Virus record (IMG/VR): IMGVR_UViG_2834368228_000004
Coordinates: 1-64,000 of that record
Strand: one strand, 5' to 3'
DNA from: a virus
Lineage: Duplodnaviria; Caudoviricetes
Length of the DNA stretch: 64,000 nt
Part shown: positions 11,022-20,423 of the stretch, piece after piece
Layout: every line of letters begins with the position of its first letter
Position numbering within the stretch: position 1 is the stretch's first letter
Position numbers and translations under genes: made by a program
Notes under the pieces: generated by a model
The model's database searches: none
Seen by the model: only the letters and a program-made list of their open reading frames with translations
Told to the model about the DNA's origin: nothing

Positions 11022-11453
11022 GTGGAGTTAGTCTCAGAATACCTAAAAAGAGTAAGCAAGGATACCAGTAAAACAAGAGTAAATAAGAGAACAATTCACG
11101 CAGATATGTATAAGAATCTTAAGTGTTCTTTTATAAATGATGAAATGCAAATTAAATTTAATCAGCCATATGGTCGAATTCTTAATATGCGTAGTGAAGT
11201 TAACGACAGTTTTACAGCATACCATGTCAATGGAATTTATAAATCTAGATACAGGACTAATTATGTAGAGTTTGAAATAGACCCTACTCAAAAATTTTAT
11301 GACATACTTCTATCATTTGATGGACAAATTTGCATAGAGAATAACTATATTTGTGTGCTCGGAAGAGTAGAAAGCTATAATCTTAACCATTTTTCAGAAA
11401 CAAATTTATGTTCAATAACAATAATAGCGGAGGTAATAACATATGGAGATTAA
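11022..11453 (+). CDS. Hypothetical protein beginning MELVSEYLKR
   Basis: GTG at 11022 after an AGGGGTGA RBS. Confidence 0.6.
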   Translation: MELVSEYLKRVSKDTSKTRVNKRTIHADMYKNLKCSFINDEMQIKFNQPYGRILNMRSEVNDSFTAYHVNGIYKSRYRTNYVEFEIDPTQKFYDILLSFDGQICIENNYICVLGRVESYNLNHFSETNLCSITIIAEVITYGD

Positions 11454-11763
11454 TGAATTTCAAGAATTAAGTACAAGAACCATGCCTGAAGGCGATAAGA
11501 ATGGGAAAGCTAACTATGCTTTAGGAGTCACCGGTGAAGGAGGTGAGGTAGCAGACATTATTAAAAAGCACCTATTTCATGGCCATGAATTAAATAGAGA
11601 AAAATTAATCGAAGAATTAGGTGATGTAATGCACTACGTATCTGGGTTAGCGAAGATGTTCGATATCTCCTTAGAAGAGATAACAGAATATAATCTAAAT
11701 AAATTAAAGGACCGTTATCCAGAAGGGTTTAGCAAAGAGCGAAGTATTAATCGAGTACGCTAA
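11443..11763 (+). CDS. MazG-like nucleoside triphosphate pyrophosphohydrolase
   Basis: GEGGEVADIIKK, EELGDV, NLNKLKDRYPEGF. Confidence 0.9.
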   Translation: MEINEFQELSTRTMPEGDKNGKANYALGVTGEGGEVADIIKKHLFHGHELNREKLIEELGDVMHYVSGLAKMFDISLEEITEYNLNKLKDRYPEGFSKERSINRVR

Positions 11764-11778
11764 AAAGGAGAGATAAAT

Positions 11779-11994
11779 ATGTTTAAAGAAGGTCAAAAAG
11801 TAAGAGTGGTAGATACAAAGGCTGTCAAAGAAGATCCATTCTTGGATAAAGAAGGGTTGCAAATCATTGAGAAGAGTGACTTTACCGGAGAGATCACAAA
11901 AATAGAAGATGGTATTCACTTTGTGGGATTTAAAAATGAAGCTGGATGGGTTACACAAGGATACAAGGAAAAAGAGATTCAAGGAGTGAAGTAA
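11779..11994 (+). CDS. Hypothetical small beta-rich protein
   Basis: ORF with AAGGAG RBS. Confidence 0.55.
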   Translation: MFKEGQKVRVVDTKAVKEDPFLDKEGLQIIEKSDFTGEITKIEDGIHFVGFKNEAGWVTQGYKEKEIQGVK

Positions 11995-11995
11995 T

Positions 11996-13396
11996 ATGAC
12001 AACAATGAATGGTGTACCATTTAGACAGATGATGGTTTCTACATCAAAGCGTTCAATTAAATGCCCTAATCCAATGGTACCAAAGAAAATTACTGTTCAT
12101 GAAACAGATAATATGACTACTGCAGAAAACGAAGTTAAATATATGATTGGGAATGATAGTAGTACTTCTTATCATACAGCGATAGATGAAACAGAAGTAA
12201 TTCAGGCACTTCCTTACAACAGAAATGGATGGCATTCAGGCGATGGAAAAAATGGGTATGGAAACCGAAACACTATTGGCGTTGAAATCTGCAGAAACTA
12301 TGATAGAAATCGCCAAACAAGAAACCTAATTGAGCCGCTTAAATCTCAGTATAATAAGGCGAAAGAAAATGCTGTAAAAGTAATTGCTCAATTATGTGTT
12401 GATCACAATATTGTTGCTAACTCAAGCAACATCAAAAGACATTATGACTGGAATAGAAAGAATTGCCCAAGTAAAATGATTGCTGATAAACTATGGAATG
12501 CATTTCTTAATGATATTATTGCTGAATATAACCGGTTAGTAGGTAAGAAGGCAACATCTTCATCGAAGCCAGCTAATAACACAAGTAAAGATAACTCTTC
12601 ATCTTCTAATAGTTCTACAAAATCTAAGTGGACTAAAATTGAAGGAAAATGGACTGGCCAATCATTATTTGAAGGTCAATATGGTCCTCCGGTAGAAGAT
12701 ATGCAAACTATGCTTGCAAATAACACTCCACCATTTTATCCAGAAAAAGGTGCAAAAAATAATGGAGTTGATAACTACTTTGGCGGTCAGACAAAAGATG
12801 CAGTTATACGATTCCAAACTTATTATGGATTGAAGGTAGATGGCATACCAGGTAAAGAGGTATATGGAAAGCTGAAAGAAAATAAATCTGATTCAAGTAG
12901 TGAGTCAGGTTCAAGCAGTAAATCTAGCAGTCCATCATTTAAAGTTAACTCTAAAGTGACATTAAGCAAATCTGCTAAAAAATATGCTACCGGGCAAACA
13001 ATCCCAAGCAGTGTTAAAGGAAAAAGTTACACAATCCAACAAATAAAAACGGATCGAGTATTGCTGAAAGAAATTGTGAGCTGGGTCTATAAAAAAGATG
13101 TTGTAGGTACCAGCAGTTCTTCTAGCAAGTCGAAAACAAGTACCTCAAATTCATCGAGTAATTCTAGCGAATCAGGCAAACATGGTAAGTTAAAAATCGT
13201 TAATGTAAACAGTGCTGCCATTGTTATGGACAAGCCAGATCGCAACAATGCTAAAAGCATTGGCACAATTAAAAAAGGTGCTACATTGCCGCTTAATGGA
13301 TCTGTACGTGGGAAAAACAGTGATAATGGCTATTGGGAAGTCGAATATAAAGGCGGTCTCGGATATATCACAGGCAATTTTGGTCAAAAATCATAA
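11996..13396 (+). CDS. N-acetylmuramoyl-L-alanine amidase with peptidoglycan-binding and SH3-like domains
   Basis: ITVHETDN, GWHSGDG, IGVEIC, HYDWNRKNCP; AVIRFQ...LKVDGIPG binding domain; Ser-rich linkers. Confidence 0.92.
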   Translation: MTTMNGVPFRQMMVSTSKRSIKCPNPMVPKKITVHETDNMTTAENEVKYMIGNDSSTSYHTAIDETEVIQALPYNRNGWHSGDGKNGYGNRNTIGVEICRNYDRNRQTRNLIEPLKSQYNKAKENAVKVIAQLCVDHNIVANSSNIKRHYDWNRKNCPSKMIADKLWNAFLNDIIAEYNRLVGKKATSSSKPANNTSKDNSSSSNSSTKSKWTKIEGKWTGQSLFEGQYGPPVEDMQTMLANNTPPFYPEKGAKNNGVDNYFGGQTKDAVIRFQTYYGLKVDGIPGKEVYGKLKENKSDSSSESGSSSKSSSPSFKVNSKVTLSKSAKKYATGQTIPSSVKGKSYTIQQIKTDRVLLKEIVSWVYKKDVVGTSSSSSKSKTSTSNSSSNSSESGKHGKLKIVNVNSAAIVMDKPDRNNAKSIGTIKKGATLPLNGSVRGKNSDNGYWEVEYKGGLGYITGNFGQKS

Positions 13397-13464
13397 TCTT
13401 TAAGTAAGCCCTTATTACTATATAAAACTGGAGAACTTTTATATAGTGAGGAGAAAAATATATT

Positions 13465-14793
13465 ATGAGCAAAAGAATAGATTGGAAATCAGCACAGGGG
13501 AAAAAGGTAATCTTATATATTATAAAGCTACGTGAAAGTAAAAAAACTTTCCCAGAAATTGAAAAACTATTAAATGAAAAGTTTGATCTGCCAATCCATA
13601 TTAGTAATGACAGTATTAGAAAGCAATACAATAAACATAAAAATGATGAAGAATTTCAGGAGTTAGCTAAAAAAGAAGATAAAGAGATTGAAAGTCTTTA
13701 TCAGGAAATTGAAGAAAAAGAAGCTGCTGAAAATGCTGAAGAAGAAGAAAGAAAAGCTCAAGAAGAAGCAATTGAAGAAGCTAAGGAAAAAGCTCGGAAA
13801 GATAGAGATAAAAAACTCCTTACAAAGCTCTTAAAAGAACGAGGAACAACAGAGTTAATTGTTGAAACTTTCCGTGACACTATTCAGTCTTATCCATTTA
13901 TGGATATATCTGTTCCAGATCCTGTTAAAAAGAATAAAGGCTCTGTGGAAGAAGCAGTCTTACTTTTTAGTGATGCACAAATTGGTGAACACATTACAAG
14001 CGAAGATACTCAAGGTTTCGGTGAATATAACATAGGAATTTTTAAAGACCGCATGGATAAGCTAGTAAATCGTATGCGTAGAATTACAGAATCACATAAG
14101 CAAATAAATAACATCGAAACACTGAATTTATTCATGCTTGGCGATAACGTCGATGGAATTGGAATTTATCGTGGCCAAGAACATCATTTAGATGCACTTG
14201 TAGTAGAACAATTACTTGTAGGTTCTGAGAAAATTGCAGAAGGTATTATTCAATTACTTGGAACGTTTAAGAAAATAAAAATAACAGGAATAGTTGGTAA
14301 TCATGGTCGTATTGGACGAAAAGGTGAGAACCCTACACATGTTAACTTTGATTACCTGTTATACAAAATGTTAGAAAAGCTGCTACAGAACTATAAAGAA
14401 CGCATTGAGTGGACAATACCTAAATCAAACTGGATTCTTCAAAACGTTTTAGGCAATGGATTCTTACTATTACATGGAGACACAATCAAGGGCTGGAATG
14501 GAATTCCATATTACGGCATCGATCGTGCAGACTCACGCTTAACAAAAATGCTTCAAGCACATGGAAAAACATACAAATATTTATGCTTAGGTCATCATCA
14601 TAATCCAGGAGATGTTGACTCTCCAAATGGTGAGAAAATACTAAATGGAACAATGGTTGGTGGATCAAACTTTAGTATTAATCAATTACATACTACAAGT
14701 AGACCATCTCAATGGTTCTTCGGAATAAACAAGATTGAAGGTATTTCATGGAGATATAAAATCCTGCTTGACATAGAGGAGGATAATCAGTGA
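13465..14793 (+). CDS. Calcineurin-like metallophosphoesterase with N-terminal HTH/coiled coil
   Basis: FSDAQIG, LGDNVDG, GNHGR, LHGD and GHHH motifs. Confidence 0.8.
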   Translation: MSKRIDWKSAQGKKVILYIIKLRESKKTFPEIEKLLNEKFDLPIHISNDSIRKQYNKHKNDEEFQELAKKEDKEIESLYQEIEEKEAAENAEEEERKAQEEAIEEAKEKARKDRDKKLLTKLLKERGTTELIVETFRDTIQSYPFMDISVPDPVKKNKGSVEEAVLLFSDAQIGEHITSEDTQGFGEYNIGIFKDRMDKLVNRMRRITESHKQINNIETLNLFMLGDNVDGIGIYRGQEHHLDALVVEQLLVGSEKIAEGIIQLLGTFKKIKITGIVGNHGRIGRKGENPTHVNFDYLLYKMLEKLLQNYKERIEWTIPKSNWILQNVLGNGFLLLHGDTIKGWNGIPYYGIDRADSRLTKMLQAHGKTYKYLCLGHHHNPGDVDSPNGEKILNGTMVGGSNFSINQLHTTSRPSQWFFGINKIEGISWRYKILLDIEEDNQ

Positions 14794-14951
14794 AGGAATC
14801 AACAAAAAAAGATTTAATTTACGATCTCACTGTTAGCTCTTTCAATATGTTGAAAGTAGGATGCACACTCTTGATTTACTTTAAGTGGGGAACGGTTTTT
14901 GGCTTAGCAATTGCTCTTTTCTTTCTACTAGGTGCATTGAGAAAATACTAA
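14790..14951 (+). CDS. Small membrane protein (53 aa, not in the ORF track)
   Basis: GGAGG RBS, GTG start, hydrophobic C-terminal half (WGTVFGLAIALFFLLGALRKY). Confidence 0.55.
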   Translation: MKESTKKDLIYDLTVSSFNMLKVGCTLLIYFKWGTVFGLAIALFFLLGALRKY

Positions 14952-14966
14952 AAAGGAGGGTTATAA

Positions 14967-15218
14967 GTGGAATTAAATATTCAAACTTCAGAAATAATAC
15001 GTTCTATATTAAAAGAGCAATTTAAAAAAGGAGAACTAGAAAGAGCGGTTGAAGCTGGCAATAAAATTCATGATGCAATTGGCAATATAGTAGAAGAAAT
15101 GGAACTAACTGTCGCTGAAGTACTATATGCTACGCTTGCCGTTAATGAGGGAATCTTAGAAGAATGCATGAAAGATGCAGAAAATGAGAGAGAAAAGCAT
15201 GCAAAATCACTCAAATAA
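14967..15218 (+). CDS. Hypothetical protein
   Basis: ORF with AGGAGG RBS. Confidence 0.55.
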   Translation: MELNIQTSEIIRSILKEQFKKGELERAVEAGNKIHDAIGNIVEEMELTVAEVLYATLAVNEGILEECMKDAENEREKHAKSLK

Positions 15219-15756
15219 GTTATTTTGCCTAATAGGTCCATCCTCGTCAGGGAAAGATGCGATTAAATTTGCCAGTGGTTATCCCTATGTTGTCTCCTAC
15301 AGGACAAGAAAGAAAAGAGTAGGAGAAATAGAAGGTAAAGATGGCTATTTTATAGATGTAGAAGGATTCCATGAAATAGAGAGTGAGCTTATTGCAAAAA
15401 CATATTACTGTGGGAACTATTACGGGGTAACAAAAAAAGAGCTTGATCGATTGAGTAGCTCGCATATGATTTATGTAATTGATTGGGAGGGCTATCAGTA
15501 CATGAAAGCAATGATATCAAAAGAAGACCTCCCTATTGATATGGTATCTATTTATATTAACATTAATCCTAACGATTTAAAGGAGAGAATGATTAAGCAA
15601 AATAGAACAGAAACAGAAATAGAAGAAAGATTGCAGCAATTAGATCAGGATATAAGCGTTAAGAGTAAATGCAAATATATAATTAATAACAAAACAACGC
15701 TAGAAAATGCAGTTAAACAACTAAATAAAATTATTCAATTAGAAGAGCTACAGTAA
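15175..15756 (+). CDS. gmk: Guanylate kinase-like protein
   Basis: GPSSSGK P-loop, TRKKRVGEIEGKDGYF, GNYYG. Confidence 0.85.
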   Translation: MQKMREKSMQNHSNKLFCLIGPSSSGKDAIKFASGYPYVVSYRTRKKRVGEIEGKDGYFIDVEGFHEIESELIAKTYYCGNYYGVTKKELDRLSSSHMIYVIDWEGYQYMKAMISKEDLPIDMVSIYININPNDLKERMIKQNRTETEIEERLQQLDQDISVKSKCKYIINNKTTLENAVKQLNKIIQLEELQ

Positions 15757-15782
15757 TGTGGCTCTTTTGCTAGTATTTTGAA

Positions 15783-16124
15783 TTAATTTACTTTAAAAAG
15801 ACATGATAAGAAAAAATCTTCCAATATCTTCGAATTCCTTCCTAAAATGATGTAAATAGAATTTCTTATTTCACTTGTCAACTCATCAATAGTATAGTCT
15901 TTAAGATATCCACCTTCCTTAATTTCGCTAATAGTAGACTCTTCAAGGATTTTAGCAGTTCTACTTTCAGGCTCATTCTCTTCGATACAAGCAGTAAAAA
16001 ACATGTTAAGTTCACCTTCAACCACTTGATTATTAACAACTTTAGGATTATTAGCTACATGTTGAAGAAACAGATAACTCATAGATGCAACAGCAATTCT
16101 TATTGGCACAACATAAACCTCCAT
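15783..16124 (-). CDS. Hypothetical protein, probably SOS-regulated
   Basis: ORF downstream of a LexA box; start uncertain. Confidence 0.5.
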   Translation of the reverse strand: MEVYVVPIRIAVASMSYLFLQHVANNPKVVNNQVVEGELNMFFTACIEENEPESRTAKILEESTISEIKEGGYLKDYTIDELTSEIRNSIYIILGRNSKILEDFFLSCLFKVN

Positions 16125-16172
16125 TAATCTTATTGGGTATAATTATAATATCAGAGTGTAAACAGACATTCA

Positions 16173-16186
16173 AGAACAAGTGTTCG
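16173..16186. promoter_or_regulatory. LexA/DinR (Cheo) box AGAACAAGTGTTCG
   Basis: Matches the Bacillus GAAC-N4-GTTC consensus; abuts a minus-strand TTGAAT-17-TATTAT promoter. Confidence 0.7.
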
Positions 16187-16387
16187 TATTTTGGAATAAA
16201 TAAAAATTTAATAAATGCTGAATAGAAAGATTACTGTCAACCATCAGTTTACAACTCTGCACCGGGATTTATATTATACTAATTCCAATGAAAAGTAAAT
16301 ATAAAATATTACATTTTTGTTACTTCATGACCATTTTATGAATAAATAGGATAAAGTATTTAAGAAATCACTAGAGGGAGAAATAGT

Positions 16388-16759
16388 ATGAGAGAAATGA
16401 ATCGATTAGAAAAGTTCGGATCATATCTACATGACATTAGAATGGAGAATGGTTATACATTAAGTGATATAGCTAATAAAATTGAACTAACAAAACAATA
16501 TTTAAGCTATCTAGAAAGAGGGAAAAAAGATCCTTCGGATTCTACGATCTACAAAATAGCTAATTTTTACAATATAAATGAGCAAATATTATTTAACTTA
16601 TTAGGCAGAATTCCCCATAAGTTGCAAGAGAAATTATGTGAAAATGAATATTTTAATGAGCTAATCATTTACATTACTGAAAATCCATGTATTTTAAAAT
16701 CGAAACAGCAAGAATTCTGTATTGAATTTAAAAAGCTATATGAGAGATACAGTCAATAA
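16388..16759 (+). CDS. XRE-family HTH transcriptional regulator
   Basis: TLSDIANKIELTKQYLSYLERGKKDPS. Confidence 0.88.
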   Translation: MREMNRLEKFGSYLHDIRMENGYTLSDIANKIELTKQYLSYLERGKKDPSDSTIYKIANFYNINEQILFNLLGRIPHKLQEKLCENEYFNELIIYITENPCILKSKQQEFCIEFKKLYERYSQ

Positions 16760-16783
16760 AATAAAATATTTTTTAAAAAACGT

Positions 16784-16810
16784 TAAACATATATTTAAAA
16801 GAGCCGATAT
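16784..16810 (+). promoter_or_regulatory. Sigma-D (sigma-28) promoter TAAA-N15-GCCGATAT
   Basis: Exact consensus with 15-bp spacing and an upstream AT-rich tract; 30 bp before csrA. Confidence 0.9.
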
Positions 16811-16840
16811 AACTATTGTAATCATCAAGGAGGATGAAAA

Positions 16841-17026
16841 GTGGCATTAGTTCTAGGTAGAAAAGTAGGAGAAAAAGTAGTCATTCAAGACGATCAAGGA
16901 AGAGAAGTCGAGATTAAAGTAATTAAAGGAGAAGGTGGCTTAAAGCATTCTCTTAAGCTAAGAATCTCAGCTCCACAAGAATTCAATATTATTCGTGGAG
17001 AGATTTATGACGGTAATAACTCCTAA
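16841..17026 (+). CDS. csrA: Carbon storage regulator CsrA, short form
   Basis: LVLGRKVGEKVVI...LRISAPQEFNIIRGEI fits the CsrA pattern. Confidence 0.88.
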   Translation: MALVLGRKVGEKVVIQDDQGREVEIKVIKGEGGLKHSLKLRISAPQEFNIIRGEIYDGNNS

Positions 17027-17044
17027 CAGGAGATATTATATATA

Positions 17045-17093
17045 CTAGCATCTCACAAGGATAGGGTTTGCTAGAAAAACAAACACACGGAGG
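17045..17093 (+). promoter_or_regulatory. Putative CsrA-binding sites in the flagellin leader
   Basis: Hairpin CTAGCA...TGCTAG with ACAAGGA in the loop, plus ACGGAGG overlapping the SD, as in Bacillus hag leaders. Confidence 0.65.
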
Positions 17094-17102
17094 TAGATAA
17101 TT

Positions 17103-17975
17103 ATGATTATCAATCACAACATTTCAGCTCTTAATGCACATCGTCAATTAGGAGCAAACCAAGGAGCAGTACAAGGTTCATTGGAGAAACTTACTTCAGG
17201 TCTTCGTATCAACAAAGCAGGCGATGACGCTGCGGGACTAGCAATCTCAGAAAAAATGCGTGGCCAAATTCGTGGATTAGAAATGGCTTCTAAGAATGCA
17301 TCGGACGGAATAAGTCTTATACAAACTGCCGAGGGAGCTCTTAACGAAACTCATTCAATCCTTCAACGTATGCGTGAACTAACAGTTCAAGCTGGAAATA
17401 CAGGAACTCAGGAAGATGTCGATCTTCAAGCAATTCAGGATGAAATTGCTTCATTGAAAGAAGAAATTGGTGGAATGGCTGATGGTAGTAAAGGTATTGC
17501 TGACCGCACACAGTTTAATGGAAAAGACCTTCTTAATGGAGATTTTGCAGATACTGTGGCTGAAATTACTTTCCAAATCGGAGCAAATGGTGGGCAACAA
17601 TTAACTGTCAATATTGCTGATATGAGAGCTACAGCTATTGGAACAGAAGGCGGAACAATGATTTCTGATATTGATGTTACTGATTTCACAACTACAGATT
17701 TCGATACTCAATTGCAAGCCATTGATGATGCAATCAATCAAGTATCTACTCAACGTTCTTCTCTAGGAGCAGTGCAAAATCGTTTGGAACACACAATTAA
17801 TAACCTTGGAGCTTCATCTGAAAACCTAACAGCTGCAGAATCTCGAATCAGAGACACTGATATGGCTAAAGAGATGATGGAATTCACTAAGAACAATATT
17901 CTTTCTCAAGCAGCTCAAAGCATGTTGGCGCAAGCAAACCAACAACCACAAGGAGTATTACAATTACTTCAATAA
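17103..17975 (+). CDS. hag: Flagellin
   Basis: MIINHNISALN...SGLRINKAGDDAAGLAISEKMR and LGAVQNRLEH...QGVLQLL conserved termini. Confidence 0.98.
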   Translation: MIINHNISALNAHRQLGANQGAVQGSLEKLTSGLRINKAGDDAAGLAISEKMRGQIRGLEMASKNASDGISLIQTAEGALNETHSILQRMRELTVQAGNTGTQEDVDLQAIQDEIASLKEEIGGMADGSKGIADRTQFNGKDLLNGDFADTVAEITFQIGANGGQQLTVNIADMRATAIGTEGGTMISDIDVTDFTTTDFDTQLQAIDDAINQVSTQRSSLGAVQNRLEHTINNLGASSENLTAAESRIRDTDMAKEMMEFTKNNILSQAAQSMLAQANQQPQGVLQLLQ

Positions 17976-17980
17976 TAACA

Positions 17981-18018
17981 AACAAAGCGCAGTATTTTAT
18001 CTGCGCTTTGTTATTTTA
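17981..18018 (+). terminator. Intrinsic terminator after flagellin
   Basis: AACAAAGCGCAG/CTGCGCTTTGTT hairpin followed by a T-rich tract. Confidence 0.85.
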
Positions 18019-18171
18019 TCTCAATATCTTAAGTAAACTCTGAATTTTGAGACAAAAAATATTTTTTTAAATTAACTTCCGATAATAAAGATTATGTCTA
18101 CTCGAAAAAATAAAAGACTTGTCTACCAATAATTTCCTCGTTGTTCATCAATATATATTATGTAAACTAGG

Positions 18172-18459
18172 TTATTCTTCTTCTCCTTCCAGATTGCTTT
18201 CACTTTCTCGTATATACTGTTCGATTAGGTTGTAAGAGATTGTATCAAGTGACTTTTTTACTCCAAGGTTAAAGACTAGAATCTTAAATACATCCAATAA
18301 CTCTTCGTCACTATAAAGAAGCTTTCCTTTTCGAGGCATTTCCCATTTTTCAGGAAGATAAGCTTCTACGATTTTATAGTTTAATTCTTGAGGCTCCATT
18401 TTTAGACTTAAGGTATCCCTATTCTTTTTGGTTTCCTTCTGAACCATTATATTCACCAT
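18172..18459 (-). CDS. Hypothetical protein
   Basis: ORF with AGAGG RBS. Confidence 0.5.
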   Translation of the reverse strand: MVNIMVQKETKKNRDTLSLKMEPQELNYKIVEAYLPEKWEMPRKGKLLYSDEELLDVFKILVFNLGVKKSLDTISYNLIEQYIRESESNLEGEEE

Positions 18460-18755
18460 CCTCTAGGTATAGCTACTACATCTTCTTTTTTCACAGCTAG
18501 AAAAAGAGCAACAAAAAGTAACTACCCTCCACATACCAGTTGACAGGTAGTTACTTTTTGTTGCTCATAAATTTGGTCTACCATACATCTTGCGGCATGT
18601 AATTGCACTGAACGAGTGTTTGCGCACTCAGTCAGTGGATTTATAGCAGCTACTTCTTAATGAAAGTATACCTTCATTTGCAATATATTTCAAGCAACCT
18701 AAAAGAAAGGGAGTAAAATTTTTAGATTAGCTCAAATGTCTAATCTAAAAATTTA

Positions 18756-19136
18756 TTAATATACAATGTGAATACGTCCATCTTCCCATATTTCTACAGG
18801 GTGATAGCTTAATGCTCCATCCATCCCACTATAAAACCCTTTTTCAAGTAGATCCTTCTTGAATTTATCATAGTTTTCTCGGTGAACAACCAGGTCATAA
18901 AAGTAAAGATGCTTACCATCAATTATATCAACATTAGATGGAAGAAAATTACCTTCGAATTTTCCTTCAAAGTATTTTCTAGCTTCATCGTGGTTTGGAA
19001 ATTCGGGCATTTCCTCTTCAAACTTCCTTGATAATCGATATGGATGTTCCTTCAACCATTCTCTTTCAAAATCATAGATTTCCCTCTGAGCGATTATATT
19101 CACCATCCTATCATTTATGACGTCTATTATAAACAT
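18756..19136 (-). CDS. Hypothetical protein
   Basis: ORF track; start uncertain. Confidence 0.5.
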   Translation of the reverse strand: MFIIDVINDRMVNIIAQREIYDFEREWLKEHPYRLSRKFEEEMPEFPNHDEARKYFEGKFEGNFLPSNVDIIDGKHLYFYDLVVHRENYDKFKKDLLEKGFYSGMDGALSYHPVEIWEDGRIHIVY

Positions 19137-19157
19137 CTTTGTCTAAACTATCCTATC

Positions 19158-19469
19158 TTATACATCATGATAAGCACTGAAATGTTTTACAATTTCTTTC
19201 ATATCATCTGCACTCAATTTTCCTAAAGGTGTTTTCGATATGTTGTCAAAAAACGCATAACGATCAAATTGGACATGAGATACTTTATTTAAACCGGAAT
19301 TAGGACTGTTTTTTATTTCAATCCTATTACTTCTAGAGGTCCCAGTTATTTTTAACCCAAGAGCCTTACCCTTGTCTTCTGAAAGCACAAGAATAAGGAC
19401 AGGGCGATTTTTGCTGCCCTGTCCATCTTCATATGGGAATTCTAATTTATAGATATAACCTGGCTGCAT
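19158..19469 (-). CDS. PemK/MazF-family toxin
   Basis: FPYEDGQGSKNRPVLIL, LKITG, GLNKVS, LGKLS. Confidence 0.8.
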   Translation of the reverse strand: MQPGYIYKLEFPYEDGQGSKNRPVLILVLSEDKGKALGLKITGTSRSNRIEIKNSPNSGLNKVSHVQFDRYAFFDNISKTPLGKLSADDMKEIVKHFSAYHDV

Positions 19470-19690
19470 TACTCATCCTCCATCCAAAATTTATAATTTG
19501 GATGGTCTGGTGAGATATTTACTCTCCCAAACTTGTCAACTTGCAAGGGATCTTGATTTTTCAGCTTAGTTACGTCAATTGTTTTAGAAATAGCACTTAA
19601 CTTACGTGCTTCGGCATCTTCACGAACTTTTCTAGCTGAACGAAGAGTTGAATGATTTACAGAACGTCTACTAGGAGTACTTATAGTCAT
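19469..19690 (-). CDS. Putative antitoxin of the PemK-like toxin
   Basis: Small gene with GGAGG RBS whose stop overlaps the toxin start. Confidence 0.6.
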   Translation of the reverse strand: MTISTPSRRSVNHSTLRSARKVREDAEARKLSAISKTIDVTKLKNQDPLQVDKFGRVNISPDHPNYKFWMEDE

Positions 19691-19880
19691 TTTTTTGCCT
19701 CCTTTTTTCTTCAACTGATCACCACCTATTGGATAAACAGTATATGCAATTACATTAAAAAGATACATTATAATTTAACTTTATCAGAAAAAGTCTGCTT
19801 TGTCTAAATATTAATAGATACGCAGAAACAAAGTTGTAGAAATGCAGTTTAGGTTTCCATGTCCTTTTTTTGTCTGTTTT

Positions 19881-20423
19881 CTATTCAAACAATTCTTTAA
19901 GGTCTGTGGATTTCATGGCCATAACTTTTCGCTCTCCATCGCTACCAATACATTTAAAGCCATGATCTTTATAGTATTGTTTAAGATCGGTTTTACATTC
20001 CAATGCAATTAGTGAAAATCCAATGACTTTGGTTAATTGATAACATTTATTGAGAAAGTGCATTAAGAATTGGGAACCTATTCCTTTATAGAGATCATTA
20101 TCGCATCTTCCAAAAAAGTGCAACTTTATAGAGGGGTAATCAACATCCTGATCAGTATACATGATGGGGCCCCATTCTTCTATTTCTCTTTCTGTTCCTC
20201 TCCGTATGTATTTTGCTAGTTTTGTGTATGCAGCATGCATGGCATAATAACCAATAACCTCACCCGTAGTTTCTTCGATAAAGACAGTTGTACGAGTGAG
20301 GTTCATTTCTTCACGTTTTCTTGATTCTTCTATTAAATATCTTTTAACTTTCTCATCCCTGCATTTAAAATTCTCTATTAGTTCCGGTTCAACTTCGAGA
20401 ACCTTTATCTCTTTTAGGTTCAA
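19881..20423 (-). CDS. GNAT acetyltransferase, TacT/AtaT-like toxin
   Basis: FKC...YL, VIGYYA, YPSIKLHFFGR, YKGIGS, YYKDHGF. Confidence 0.75.
   Translation of the reverse strand: MNLKEIKVLEVEPELIENFKCRDEKVKRYLIEESRKREEMNLTRTTVFIEETTGEVIGYYAMHAAYTKLAKYIRRGTEREIEEWGPIMYTDQDVDYPSIKLHFFGRCDNDLYKGIGSQFLMHFLNKCYQLTKVIGFSLIALECKTDLKQYYKDHGFKCIGSDGERKVMAMKSTDLKELFE

Noticed and set aside
11996-13396. Phage lysis cassette or intact prophage
   Set aside because: No adjacent holin and no capsid, terminase or tail genes in the window, so phage status cannot be established here.
18059-18085. Second sigma-D promoter (TCCGATAA)
   Set aside because: No TAAA at 15-16 bp spacing and no downstream plus-strand gene.
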